64,000 nucleotides of DNA from the human T2T-CHM13v2.0 reference genome, Homo sapiens. Position 1 is the stretch's first letter, and each line of letters starts with the position of its first letter. Below are positions 13,322-28,312 of the stretch, one piece after another. Below the pieces are notes generated by a model. The model ran no database searches, was not told the DNA's origin, and was given only the letters and a program-made list of their open reading frames with translations. The translations under genes and the position numbers were made by a program. Where the stretch lies: NCBI RefSeq assembly GCF_009914755.1, contig NC_060925.1; one strand, written 5' to 3'.

Positions 13322-14326
13322 TAATTTATTGTGACAATTATGGACTAATTTGTTTTGTAACTATTACAGAAGTTAAAATGTGTACAGTAGTGATCCAACC
13401 ACTTCATGTTACAAATTTTGAAAACCTGAGGCCCAAAGATTTGAAATCATCTCAAGTCAGAAAGTTAGTTAAATAAAAGGCCTAGATTAAAACACAAATC
13501 TGACTCCTACTCAATTTATTTGCTCAATATTATCAGTATACTCCTAATTTTATATATTAATACCTGGCTGGTATCTTTAATTACTTTTGTTATTTATATT
13601 TAACTTCTTGACTTCTGTGACTATCCTCACATTGACCATTAGACTCCAGCAAGAAAGAATGCCACCTTCTAATGATTTACACATATACAAGAAAATTATT
13701 TATATGTCTTGCTAAAGTCACCACTTCTTAAATTCAAAATAGAATCACATATGGAATAGAATCACAGTCTTCGTGAAGTCAAGATAAATTACTTTCCCCT
13801 TCTATTAAATAGAAAATCTAGAGGAAGCTTAAGTCTAAATGACCTAGGATACAAAGATAGTTTTTGTTATAAAGATAGTTTTTTCCCCAATATTTTGTGT
13901 GTCCTCTTCTATGGCAATATAAAATAAATTTTTAGAATTTATACCTATATTTATTTAGATATTATAAAATGAAAATTGTTCATTTTTACTCACTATTTTT
14001 CAGTTATGGACTTTCTCTTCATTTTTAATTTTCTTATTCATCTTCTGAAGTATTTAAAATCACTATCTACTTATTGCAGAGATTTGAGCCAGCTTTTATA
14101 GAGGACTTTAAGTCATTAGGACCTTAGTATTTTCACATTCATTTTTAAATTACCTTAAGTAATTATATATTTATTTAAGCATAATTGACATAACTAATTT
14201 TTAAAGTAATTTCTTATGAGTTTGTTTCTTATTCCTACTTAGCTCTCACTTCTTAATTGAAACCATAATTGACCTTCCTAAGACCAAGTTTTAAATCCTC
14301 TATTAGGTTTTCATTTGAATCCTATT

Positions 14327-14372
14327 ATTAAAAGTAATGGCAAAAACCGCAATTACTTATGCACCAACCTAA
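14327..14372. mobile_element. Half MADE1 (Hsmar1-derived MITE)
   Basis: attaaaagtaatggcaaaaaccgcaattacttatgcaccaacctaa matches the spacer and one arm of the recalled MADE1 consensus. Only ttaggtt (14303-14309) may remain of the other arm. Confidence 0.85.
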
Positions 14373-14517
14373 AAGTTGGTAATTGTTATTATCTTCCTTA
14401 TCCAATTCTAACAATTTTGCTTATCCAAGTTTATTACTATATGGAAAACATTTTTTTAAATGATAACTTTTTAATTTTGCTTAAATACATTAAGAGATAT
14501 TTATCTCTCAATTACAG

Positions 14518-14616
14518 GTTGTTAAACTGAAGCAAATAGAGCATACTTTGAATGAGAAAAGAATATTACAGGCAGTGAATTTTCCTTTCCTTGTTCGACT
14601 GGAGTATGCTTTTAAG
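14518..14616 (+). CDS. PRKACB: PRKACB exon 4 (99 nt, phase 0-0; alphaB/alphaC helices)
   Basis: attacag|GTTGTTAAA...TTTAAG|gtaaat; [33 protein letters not shown]. Confidence 0.99.
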
Positions 14617-15580
14617 GTAAATTTTAGTAATATCTAAATAAGATATTTTCAACCTAAATTTTTTTTAAGATGAAACTATAAATGGATTCTAAACCAGATG
14701 ATAAGCCTGAAGAATATGAATAAACAAAACGAATACCTCTAGAGTTTGTGTAATTAAATCCTATTGTGCTTATAACTTAGGTAACGTTTGAAAAGGTTTT
14801 GATTCTCCCTGGGGAAATTGTTCAAAGGTGATACTCATGAGATGGTATTACAAAAAGAAATATTTCAATTTATCAAAAACCATAGGGATATCTTAATAAC
14901 AATTCTTATGCAAATTCATACACCCAACACATTTTCTACTTTGATTAAGCCCTTTTTGCCACTATCTCATCTTCTTTTACTTAGTAATTTGAGTTCTAGT
15001 CTTTTCACTTATACAAAGCAAAATTTTTGTTCCACTATTCAAATGTCTGAAAAATTGTACCACATTTATTATTTAAATTGGTCACTTTTGAGCTCTTTGG
15101 AATGATACTGGCATCTCTCTGCAATATTGAATCATATGAAACATTTTAATCTTTTTTCTCCTTTATTCTTTAAATTAAATGAAGACCTATGTATTTAAAA
15201 TATTAAAACCATTAATCTTTTATACATAAAATGTAAATATTCTTATTAACTTTTTAAATTGTTTTTTACCTTTGTTATTCTTTTGCATATATTATAACGT
15301 TACTTCATTGCCTGAGTATTTAATTGTTTGAGAACTAGATGTTCTCTGCAAGAAAAGGAAGAGCAAAAGTCCCAGACTAGTTTGTGGCAAAAATAACTAG
15401 GAGGGGAAAAATATGAGTGTCTCTGTATAGAAAAGCTAGAGCATGTTCCATTTATTCTTTATTTCTCAAGGTTATTAATCTGTCAGAGAGATTTTAAATT
15501 TTTCTAATTCAGCATTATATAATATTAAAATAATTTTGACCTAAGTTGAATAATTGTATTTCCTTTTTATTTGTTCATAG

Positions 15581-15663
15581 GATAATTCTAATTTATACAT
15601 GGTTATGGAATATGTCCCTGGGGGTGAAATGTTTTCACATCTAAGAAGAATTGGAAGGTTCAG
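15581..15663 (+). CDS. PRKACB: PRKACB exon 5 (83 nt; hinge MEYVPGGE)
   Basis: ttcatag|GATAATTCT...TTCAG|gtaact; DNSNLYMVMEYVPGGEMFSHLRRIGRF(S). Confidence 0.99.
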
Positions 15664-16654
15664 GTAACTAATGGTTTTGCTTTCTTCAAATCTTTATATG
15701 CTTGTGTTGTTTAACCAGATTTTTAAGTTGATGCCAATGCCAAAAACTTATTTTGTTTGATTAATATTTTGGCCATATGAAGCATTAGGTGGAAACAAAG
15801 AGGCCACATCATACACAAGTTTTAATATAAAGAATATAAAAATTTAATATAAAAAAAGGACTTTGAAGCCAATTTAAATGTTATACTACTGCTAGATATT
15901 GTGAGGGTCAACTACTTGAAGAGTTTTCAGAAAATGGAAAAATTAATTGAATTTTAAAATATCAATATTTATTAAACAAAGATTAATAATACAACTCCAG
16001 GACAGAGGATTGTTTTAAGGATGAAGATGGAAAATAAATATATAGAGAAATAATAATAATAGTATTATGGTAATAAGATTATAAAAGTTTGTTTTTCACA
16101 AATTTAATTCTCCTTAAAGTTCTTGCTAAGTTTAGTTTTTAAAATATACACATAATTTAACGGGAGTTTGTACCTCATCAGGTTATGACTAATAAGATCT
16201 CAGAGTTATTAAAATAGGTTATAGAATCTGATGGTTTTACCTGTACTTAATAGTTTATAAGCTTCTACCGTTCATTAATAATCACTAATAGAATAAAGCT
16301 AAAATAAAAAACAGGTACAGCTTCATTCAGTATAGTGTGTTGAAGTCAAAATAAAAATGTAGAGACAAATCTCTAAATTCAACATTTTATTGAGGAAGCA
16401 AGAATTGCAGTTTGAGGCATATACACAGACTAGGTGGTCTTCAATGTGTCTAGAAAACAAAGAAAAGGTTGGAGGTTTTATAAAAAGAAATTTTATGTTT
16501 ATTTGTTTTGAAACAAAGTTTACTAGCACTAGTTAAGTTTTGGGGAGCTGGCAAGCTCTGATTGGTGAGTGATGGTGGTGGGTCAGACTCGTCTAAGAGT
16601 CGCAGTAGGTTGTCTCAGTAGCTGTTAGAGAAAACTGGTTTCAGGTTACAATAG

Positions 16655-16999
<345 letters not shown>

Positions 17000-19900
17000 T
17001 AATTCTTGGAGCAGGTGCTGTGTGCCCTGAGTGCGTTATTCCCTGGCCCCTCGACTCTGATTTAGTTAGGTATGATGAGAATGACTAATTTGTATAATCA
17101 GCTTTCACATTTTTCCCTTTTGATCAAGATCTTTCTCTGAAAGCATTGCTTGTCAACCATCTTGAAGTTAGGCTTAATTATTCCTTGGTGCTCGGATGGA
17201 CTTGTTCTGGTTGTCTCTGTCCCACATATGAGAGAAGTTATCTGTTGGGGGGTGTCTATGTAGGGACCTGGGCCACATTCAAGTAACGAGGAGGCCAGAA
17301 GGAAAATTTTTCTCAAAGTAGATTTTTGTCTGGAGTCCAGCCAGCATCGAGTTCCCACTTATCACTTCCATAGGTATTAGCAGTCATCTTTAAGTGTTGG
17401 GCTAACGTTATTCTGTTGGGACAGCTGCCTTTACAAAGATTAGATAGGCACTAAGAACAAAGCTTACAAATGATAGTACAAAAAAATTAACAATATAGTA
17501 AAATGTATTTGTGCAGTGCTTTTGAACTAAAGCCCAGGCCTAAGGGCAAAAAACTAAAGAAATCAAAGGACCAGGGGAAACTGGTGAGACCTGCTATAGC
17601 CATTGACTAACATTTTATGACTGGGTTGAACTAAAGCAGAGAATGCCAAACTTTGCAAGAGGGACCACCAGCACAAATTAAACAAAAAATTGTGTTAAGG
17701 ATATTGTCGATGTTGTGACTAGATGAACTGAAAGAATTTCTTAAGTCAGGCTTTGTCAATGGCTTTAGCAGGTCTCACCAGTACCTATAGCAGTTACTGA
17801 TTGTGAATTTTAAATTACAATATTATTTGGTTAAGTGAAAAAGCAGGCATTAAGAGGGGTAAGAGTTTCATTACAATATGGAGTCTTGTTCTAGTGTTTT
17901 GAGAAAAGCTGTTCACACCATGGAAAACATCAACTTTCTTGGCTTTGTTTACAGTGTAAATGTCTCTGGCTATGGCTTTGGGCAGTTTGATGAACTTTCT
18001 GTGTGGCCCATACATCAGGCATGAGACTTGTTTCTTAAAATTTATATAGTTTCAGCTAACAGGACTTCAGGAACAGAGCGGTTCTCATTTTAGTAATTTT
18101 ATGGAAGAAAGTTCGATTGGAGGAACCTAGAAGAATTTAGGACCTTGTCTAGTCTATAGGTAGATAACAAGACTCAAAAATAATGTACAGACTTACAGTC
18201 TAATAACAGGTATATTATAGTTATTCTTTAGAAAAAACTTTTTTCTCTACATTGATTACATAGGAATCTTGGATTTAAAAACCTCTTGAGGCAAGGAAGC
18301 CGAACCAAGGCAGTCTTAGATTTTCCTTACAGTCTTGAGGTTCCTGGTCCTGCCAGGAAGTAACAGTTTTTATTTACTCATTGTAATGCTGAGAAACCCT
18401 TGAAGTCAGGCATTTTATGCACTTTTTAAATACGATAGTTCAGTTAGAGCCTTAGTAATATAATCAGTGTTTTCATATTCTGCTATAAAGAGAGAGCAGA
18501 TTTTTACTGGACCTGTGCAAATAGTCATATTCCCATAAAAGTACTTACAACTAATTTTTGAATTAAGGAGAAAAAAAGCAAATGCTTTTATCTTTTTTTA
18601 CAAAAATATACTTTACCAAATTGCTATAAATTATAAATAGCTAAAGAGATAAGTTTTTTTAAATCTGGAAACCAAAATATTTAAGAACTAACAATGTAAC
18701 AATGTTTTAAATGAAAGTTATGAAAACATTATTTTTATCAATTATTTAATTTCATGTAATTTTTGTTCTGCTTGATCTTAATTAGTATTTTCATATACTC
18801 ATCTTTTTTTATTAGGGTTCTGGAAATTTTTATTTAGTCTATTGATCTTAAAGTTATTAAAAACCTGTATTTAAGGGTACTTGTTGGGGTCTTTTCTATG
18901 AATCTGATTGTAAATAATTTTGAGAATTCAAAATATTAACTCTGGATGACAAAAATCTAGAATAGCCATGGGTAAAAATCTGATGAAAGTTTACAATTAA
19001 CAAGTAAAATTAGTTATTTCTATTTTATCTAGCATTTTAAGACAATAACCAGAATTATGAATAACGTTAATTTCTCTGAATTTATATAATTTTTGAAACA
19101 TTCATATGAACAACATAGCCATAAATGCAACTAAAAGATCTAGTATCACATCATTTATACAATCTCTTATATAATTTAAAAATAAATCTAATTATTTAAT
19201 ACGTCTACAAGATGAGATCTGTGTCTTCAAATGTTTTCCAAGGGCCCAGCTGGAAAATCCCAAAGCTAATTCTAGATTAAGAACATTTAATTTAGGATTT
19301 GATTTTTGGGAAGTTTGTTAAACATCTTAAAAGACTTAAAACCCTTGGTCAAAACGGAGTAACAGGTCACTGTAAAATAATAGTCATTTATTTAACCAGA
19401 GTGATAATCAAAAGACATCAGATGTAATACAGAAAGTTATATGAATGTGAAAACTTTTATTATTTTTAAAGCTCAGTTTTTCTGAGTAATGAAAAACCTG
19501 ATAAAGACAACATAGGATATTATCTTGATAAAATATAAAATCTAGTTTTTTAGACAAATCACCAAAATGGTAAAGAAAAATCTTCTGCAGTATGCTCATT
19601 ATTTCTTTTTCCCATTTAGAGCTTTCCATTAAAAAAATTACCAATCATCTGAAAGTTGATTGAGTACTTGAATTTAATCAGACACAGGAAGAATGTGTCC
19701 AGGGTTATTGAGTGTACACTGTGTTATAGAAAAATATGAACAAGAAGAGGACTATCTTGAGCAGGGAAATACATGGCTCTCAGTAACAGCATGAGAAATT
19801 TCCTGGTTACATGAAATAATACAGACATACCAAGAAGAGCCAAGAATACAGATTCAAATTATACTGAAAGAAAACTTCGTTTTTCTAGGCCTTTAAGATA

Positions 19901-21229
19901 AACGTTTCTGCATCAGGCCATAACAAAGTTCAAACTGAAAAAAAAAAAAAAGTTCTAGGAGTTGAGGAAAAAGGTTGAAGGAGGGAGTTATCAACCCAGC
20001 CAAGCAAAAAGATATACCTTTCAAGAAAGAGAAGGGGATGTATGACCTTCAAATCATGTGTAGTGTGACACAGCAAAAGCCGAACTTCTGAAATATAAAT
20101 TTCAAAAGGAAAACTTTACCTCAAGAAATGGAATTACTATTTTTAATGAAGAGGACAGCATTTCAAACCTAAAACTAGGGAAATTAATTAGATCTCAGGA
20201 AGAAATGTGGCAGAAATAGAAATTGCACTTTGGAAGATGGCTGTCAAAGAAACAGATTTTATAATTAAAAATCACAACCTTTTGCAGTATTATTGAGAGC
20301 AGATCAATACTTCAAGAAAGTTTTGTTTAAATATAGAGAGCAAGATTCTGGTCCTTTGTCAGTGCACCCTTGACACCAATCATTAATTTTTAGAAAAATA
20401 TGTAAACAATTTTCCTTTCCAATTTCTTTCCCTAACTATTTACACATAAAACTTTTTTCATAAGGTCCATCCTTTCATTTTTCCAAACCCCCAGTCTTAA
20501 TCTTATAATTTTTCTTTTCTTCTTCCTCCGTTTTTGGAACAGCCAATCATTTTACTTTAGGAAAAATATTTACCACCTAATATACTTTTCATACAACATA
20601 TTTTTTTCTTACATTCATATTTTGACTACTAGACCTCAATATACTTAAACTTTTTATAGAACTTAAGAACCCAATAAGGGATTTATATTTATTTAGCAAT
20701 TTGTTTTAGTTTTTAAACTTATTTGTTATGGCCCAGACATCTAATAAGTATCTTATTATTTAATTTAATATAACATAACTGTAAGACTTTAAATTACATG
20801 AGACATTGATTTATAAATGTTTATTTAATTAACATTCACCTAATTTATTCATTTTTATTAATTATCCCTGGATTACTTATGAAAATTGAGATATTAGGCA
20901 GAGTCGTTATTTTAAGTTATTTTTATTAGCCAATTTTATAGCCTGTTAATATCAAATGTTTACCTAAATAAGAACTTAAAGTTAGATACATGAATATTCT
21001 TTCAATAACTCAGAAGATACACGTTTATTAAATCAGTAATATTAAATCTTATTTATCAAATAATAGCATATACAAAGATCATTTTGTTTTAGTCTGGGTT
21101 TATAGCTTCATGACCTTAAGAAATTTATCAGAGGCAAATATAAAACTCTCTGACCAGGAAATCTAGGCAAAAATCTGTGTTGACAATTTTGAAGACATTT
21201 CTCATTTTATTTTGTTAGTAACTTTTTAG

Positions 21230-22335
21230 TATAGTTAAGTCTTGTTGAATTGAACCCTTGATCTTTATGTAATGCCCTTCTTTGTCTTTCCTGATCATTT
21301 AAGTTCTGTTTTATTGTATGTAAGAATAGACTCCTATTCTTTTTTGTTTTCCATTTCCATGGTAGTTCTTTCTCCATCCCTTTACTTTGAGCTTGTGAGT
21401 GTCCTTATAGGTGAGATGGGTCTCTTGAAGATAGCAGACAGTTGGGACTTTTCTTTTTATCCAGCTGCCTTTTAAGTGGGTCATTTAGACCATTTACATT
21501 CAGGGTTAGTAGTGATATGTGAGATTTTGATCCTGTTATTATGTTACCAGCTGATTGCTTTGCAGACTTGATTGTGTAATTGCTTTATATTGTCTGTGGG
21601 CTATGAGCTTAAGTGTGTTTTTGTGGTAGCAGATATTGATCTTTCATTTCCATGTTTAGGACTCCCTTAAGGACCACTTGTAAGGCTGATCTGGTGATAA
21701 TGAAATTCCTTTAGTGTTTGCTTGGTGTCTGAGAAAGATTTTATTTCTCCTTCACTTGTGCAGCTTAATTTAGTGGGATATTAAATTCTTAGATGGAATT
21801 TTTTTTCTTTGAGGATGCTGAAAATAGGCCCCCATCTCTTTTGGATTGTAAGGTATAAGCTGAGAGGTCCCCTGCTGATGCACCTGATGGAATTCCCTCT
21901 GTAAGTGACCTGACATTTCTCTGAAGCTGCCTTCAAGTTAAATGTGGTATATATACACCATGGAATAGTATGCATCCATAAAAAGAATGAAATCATGTCC
22001 TTTGCAGCAACATAGAAGCTGCTGGAGGTCATTATCCTAAGTGAATTAACACAGGAACAAAAATCCAAATACTTCATGTTTTTACTTTTAAGTGGGAGCT
22101 AAACGTTGAGTGTACGTGGACATAAAGATGGAAACAGTAGACACTAGGGACTACTAGAGAGGAGAGGGAGGGAGGAGAATATGGGCTGAAAAATTACCCA
22201 GTGGGTGCTATGCTCACCACCTGGATGATAGGAACATTCATACCCCAAACCTCAGGATCATCCAATATGCCCATGTAGCAAACCTGCACATGTACTCTCT
22301 GAATCTAAAATATAAATTTTAAAAAATAAATAATT
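21230..22335. mobile_element. L1 insertion in the ERV: minus-strand ORF1/EN piece (21230-21935) joined to a plus-strand 3' end (21940-22335)
   Basis: The left part resembles the minus-strand L1 at about 63090-63810 of this window. The right part is an old L1PA 3'UTR with an A-rich tail. Confidence 0.85.
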
Positions 22336-23834
22336 AAAAAACCAATTAATTTATCAAAGATGTACTTAAGTCATGTGAACTAAAATATTTTATATAAGCA
22401 CCCATTTATCCAAATAGAATTCTTTAAGGGATTTCTAGACAACTATGTCAGATATTATTATATAGACACAGCATACAATATATGTACATATGCATAAAAG
22501 CATCTAAACACCTATACTAATGTATAAATAAAAATATTACAGCTTTTATTTTAGAACTTTAATCATGAGATAGTAAAACAATAAGCACATCAGTTTATAA
22601 AAAGAGTTAGATCCAAATTATTTTTCTAACAAAATGGGATGAGGCTAAACTTTAAGCTTTTTTTAATAGGTAATATTATGAAGTATGTGAACTAAATTAT
22701 AGGTAGAGTAGTTTGAGTCAGTTAGCAATATACTGGAATAGACAAAGAACTGTTAACTGAGAAAATGTGAATGAATTATGTGAGGAGACCCAAATGATAG
22801 GAGTTATTCTAATTAGGTCTGTACAATATTTTCTTGTCTCAATTCTTTGTCCCTGAAGGTAAGATTGTTGCCATTTCTTTTAGTATAGGGACAGTGTCCT
22901 TTACATTGGAATTTTATCTTAAAAACAAAACAGCATGAAAATCACAATGATTTTCTTTTTTATCTGATGATTTTCAAGTGTTTTTAATTAAATAATATGC
23001 CAAAATAGCTGAGGATTTTTGGGAAAAAAGAGTTTAGTCTAGATTAGGATAAAGAAGAGGAATTGTAAACGTGGAGGGAAAAGCTCCAGAAGGGAACTTG
23101 TCTCCGCTAGCTTTGAGACAGTATTTTGTAACAAGGCAATCTCTGAGTCCTGAAATTTTTATTAGCCTTAAGATATCAGTTGAGATATGAGTCTTATTTG
23201 GAGTATATGATTTTGTCACCATGGTCTTTTAGTTTTGTTGTAAGAACAACAGACTGTTTGAATGATTCCTATAACGTTTGAACATGTTACCAGCTGGAGT
23301 CTCAGAAAATATCTTGGCATGCCTTCAAACTTTGAGAGCCTATTTTTAACTAAATGTATTTAGGTGATTCGGTTTAATGCCAAATACGTAAGAGCCAACT
23401 AAACACAGGTGCTGAATACACAAGGCCAAATAAACACAAGCACCAACAGAAAATAAAGTATGTCCTTACCAGGAAGAACAATAAGCCTTCTCCAAATGAA
23501 GGGGAAAGTCTCCTCATCCAAACCTCAAAACTGAGGTCTAAACCTTACACCTGAAGTCAACAGGGGGAAAATAACCCTCCCCAACAGGAGATCAGTTAAC
23601 CAGGAGGCAAAAGACGCCTCTCAAACAGGAGTGGGAAAGAGAAAGACCCCTTCCCAGCCAAATCCCAAATAAAACAGAACTCAACCAAAATTAAGAGTTT
23701 AGTCCAAAAGAGACTCACTAAGGGGAAAAGAGGGGACTCCCCAGAAGCAGCGGGACTGAAAGGGCTCCAATGGGGGTACTTCATGCTGTAGTTCCCAGGG
23801 CCAGTGATTCTCCCTGAAGTATGTCAGCTTTAGG

Positions 23835-23852
23835 ATCCCACTTCTGACACCA
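23835..23852 (-). promoter_or_regulatory. Retroviral primer-binding site for tRNA-Leu
   Basis: Minus strand TGGTGTCAGAAGTGGGAT is the complement of the tRNA-Leu(CAA/CAG-type) 3' end ATCCCACTTCTGACACCA, 4 nt from the LTR edge. Confidence 0.88.
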
Positions 23853-25119
23853 AGTATATCAAAGTCAAAATAAAAATATAGAGATGAATCTCTAGATTTG
23901 ATATTTTATTTGGGAAGCAAGAATTACAATGCAAGGTATCCACACAGACCAGGTGGTCTTTGGTGTGACTGAAGAATAAAAAGAAGGTTGAAAGTTTTAT
24001 AAAAAGGAGAAGTTTTACGTTTTGGGACAAAGTTCATTGGCACTAGCAAAGTTTTGGGGAGCTGGCAAGCTGTGATTGGTGAGTGATGGTGGTGGGTTCA
24101 AACTAGTCTTAGAGTCACAGCAGGTTGTTTCAGTAGCTATTAGATAAAACTGGCTTCAGGTTACAGCAGGAAGCTTTAGCAGCTAGGCATGTGGAAAATT
24201 TAATTCTTGGAGCAGGTGCTGGGTGCTCTGAGTGCTTTATTGCCCTGGCCCATCAACTCTGATTTAGTTGGGTATGACAAAAATGACCCAACTTACACAA
24301 TTAACTTTCATAATTAAATACTGGCATAACTAAAACACAAGTATGAACTGAAACAGGACTGATGATGGTAATTTGATTCATAAAATGATGGTGGCAGACT
24401 CAGAATATCACAAGATGATATCAAGTAATGAGCAAACATTGGAGTCATTTTAATTACCCGAGGCCTAAGCCAAGATTCATTTATTGACTTACTATGCACA
24501 GGGCAACTAATATAATTAATATAGTGTCAGGCACTGTGCAAAGTAGCTTCTGCTTATCTTTGAGAATTTTCTTTCCTCTCCTATCGTCCTCTCTCTCCTA
24601 CTGCCCCTTGTTCAAGCAGAATCCTCATATTGCCTTATGGTTATTTAAAGTTTACACTAAAGTACCACACCTGAACCTGTTCTCAAAAAAGTTTTTGTTA
24701 ACTTTATATAATTGGTAACTTCTTTTCTTTGCAACTCCTCACAGTCTTAGTACTCTTTGATATTGACTCTTTAATACTTGACTTGGTACTAAAAGGATAG
24801 CAAGTTGATTGAAGGAATTCACACTGAGACACTTGCCTTATCTCATCTTTCACAAGTACTACATATACACTTGAACAATTGCCAGTGTCCATCTTAGAAG
24901 TTTTGAGGCAATAGGAATATGAGTTATTGTTTAGCATGGCTTTAATCAGAATCAAATGAGGCATTATAATTCTCTACTTAAAGCTGTCTGGACTTAAAAC
25001 TGCTACAGCATTAGCCCTTACCATTGTCTTCCTACATTCAATTAAATATTAAGTAGAAATACCCAATAACACTTTGCACTTGGAACATTTTACTTTCACC
25101 TTTCAAGAATTCGATTATA

Positions 25120-25408
<289 letters not shown>

Positions 25409-26110
25409 GAATTTTATTATAGATCTATGTAATGTATGTGTTCCTCCAATTAAACACCAGCATATGGAAATTAATATTTTATAAGTAAAAAGTAATCATA
25501 TTAATGACATTTTACATTTACAGATGCATGTAAACGTGCATTTTATGTTTACAGATGCATGGATAAAGTAAGAGGGGACCTCCCAGGTCAGATGTTTCCC
25601 AGTTTAAGCATAAATGTTGCAATGACCAGAATGATTATTTTAATCTCTGCTTACAATGTTCTCCTCATTCCTTGTCATTTGGCATACAATGTGGTTTGAC
25701 AGTGTTGGGATGAAGCTGAAACTGGAAGGGTATTATAAAATTTTGCTCCCCAAAAGCATTTTTCTTTACATATGCATTCTTTCAACAAATATTTACTGAG
25801 CACTTGGGAAATGCAGTGACAAGCAAAAAAAGGCAGCACATAAAGTCTTTTGTTGGAATTTGTATTTCTCTTGCTACCAGATCAAATTCATACCAACCAT
25901 CTTGAGGGAAATCCTATTCATAGTTAAGGTTGTTCACTGAGGAAACAAATCTGAAAGTCATTGTTATTTATCAGGCAGATTAGTAGAATTCAAGTAATAC
26001 ATTAGAAGATAAATTAGAAACTCAGAAAATTGGTACATCCTTTTGGATTTTTCAGATTCTGACATCAAAATTACACTGATCTATTAATCTAATATATACA
26101 TAAAAGAACT

Positions 26111-26419
<309 letters not shown>

Positions 26420-27044
26420 TTACACTAACATAGAGATTATACTTATGTCTGTGAATCTATGTAAACAAGCATAGTAAAAGATTTGGAAATTCTGATGCCA
26501 AGATTGTATCTATGGTTTCTGAATAGGATTATGAGTATTCATTATTCTTCATCAATATTTTATGATATTTTTCCATAACGAGCATATGTCATTTTTGTAA
26601 CAGGAACTATTACAAAATGGGTAAAATGGCATTAATCTGCAGATAAATGCAGCTAAAGAGCTTCTACATAGGGAAATTCTATAAACACTTGAAATTTGTG
26701 AGAAAAGTAGATGGAGCCTGTTAACTATAGCAGTGGCCCCGATAGACACTCCATTTGGCACATTTGCTTTCCAATTATTCTCAAGATCAGACATAATTAG
26801 AAAGACATCAATATATTTAAATATGGGCAATAATGATTCACAATGAGCTAACTATTTTAGGTTTATATTTTTCCTCAACATATGCTTCCCCATAAATTTA
26901 TCAGAGCGTTATTTGAACAAAATATAGAGATTTAATAAATATTTGAAAAGTAACAAGGTTCTTTACATACTTTTTAAAAAAATACTTTTTGTTCCCAAAG
27001 TACCTCTACTTCATATTAGTTTTTATGCATAATCTACTAATTAG

Positions 27045-27224
<180 letters not shown>

Positions 27225-27469
27225 TGACTTTAACACATTATGTGTACTGTATATGAGAAAATACTAGGCAAGACATTGTATGTATGTAACCCCAACTTGG
27301 AATTTTTTTTGAAGAAGACACTTTCTCCTAATAGTTTAAGTAGAGCTCAGAGTTTTGCTGCTATTACAGAGAAGCAAAAATCCTGTTATGAAAGGAACTT
27401 GTTTATATCTCCATTAATCTATAGTTGTGAACTGAGTATAGCCTCTTGCATAAGGAGATATTAATAGCT

Positions 27470-27690
27470 AAATCTATGAGCAGTTATTAGTGCCAGGCAT
27501 ATTCCACTTGTTTTACATGTATTATTTCTTTAATCCTGATAAACCTATGAAGTGGAAATACCATTGTTATCTTCATTTTAAGATTAACAAAACTAAGACA
27601 TAGCAAGGTCATTTAGCCAATAAATGGTAGAGTCAGAATTTGAACCTAGGCAGTCTGATCCCAGAGTCCATGCCCTTTACGACTACAATA
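27470..27690 (-). mobile_element. MIR SINE
   Basis: gtgccaggcat...tttaatcct...agaatttgaacctaggcagtctga is a MIR core pattern. Confidence 0.7.
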
Positions 27691-28207
27691 TAACTGCCAA
27701 AGAATCCCTGACTACCAATACTGAACTCGTAGCAACGTTTTCTTTCCACTTCTACTACTAATAAAGTGGGAGCATTTCTTTTTACACAATTATTGATAGA
27801 TTCTCCCATTGACGTTTTTACACTTCTGATGGTGCAACTAATGGCAGAGGACACATTGGGGTAAGGCAGACATTTAGCATTGTTTCATTTTTATTAATGC
27901 TATTTATTTTTACCTTTTATTTTCACTTTTTTATTCCTTGGGTCTAGGATCTTATAATAATGACTGAAAAGAGTTTTGTTGTTATTAATTTGTTCCTTTT
28001 CTTTGAGTTGAGGAAGGATTTCCAACTTGGATTGTTTAAACTTTCATTCACTAGATATTCATGAATGAATTTCAATTACGTGGACTTAATTTTTTTTCCA
28101 TTTCTTTCATAGTTTCAATTTGAATTTTAAACTTTCAACGTAGGTGCAATAAATACATTTATTGTGAGGTAATACATTTTCACTAGTATTCTTTTTTTCT
28201 TTTATAG

Positions 28208-28312
<105 letters not shown>

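Noticed and set aside
16292-16355. Three clustered AATAAA after exon 5
   Set aside because: Expected by chance in very A-rich sequence; one is just the LTR end. No supporting terminal exon structure.
23835-23852. tRNA-Leu gene
   Set aside because: Only the 18-nt 3' end with CCA is present, next to an LTR; it is a primer-binding site, not a tRNA gene.
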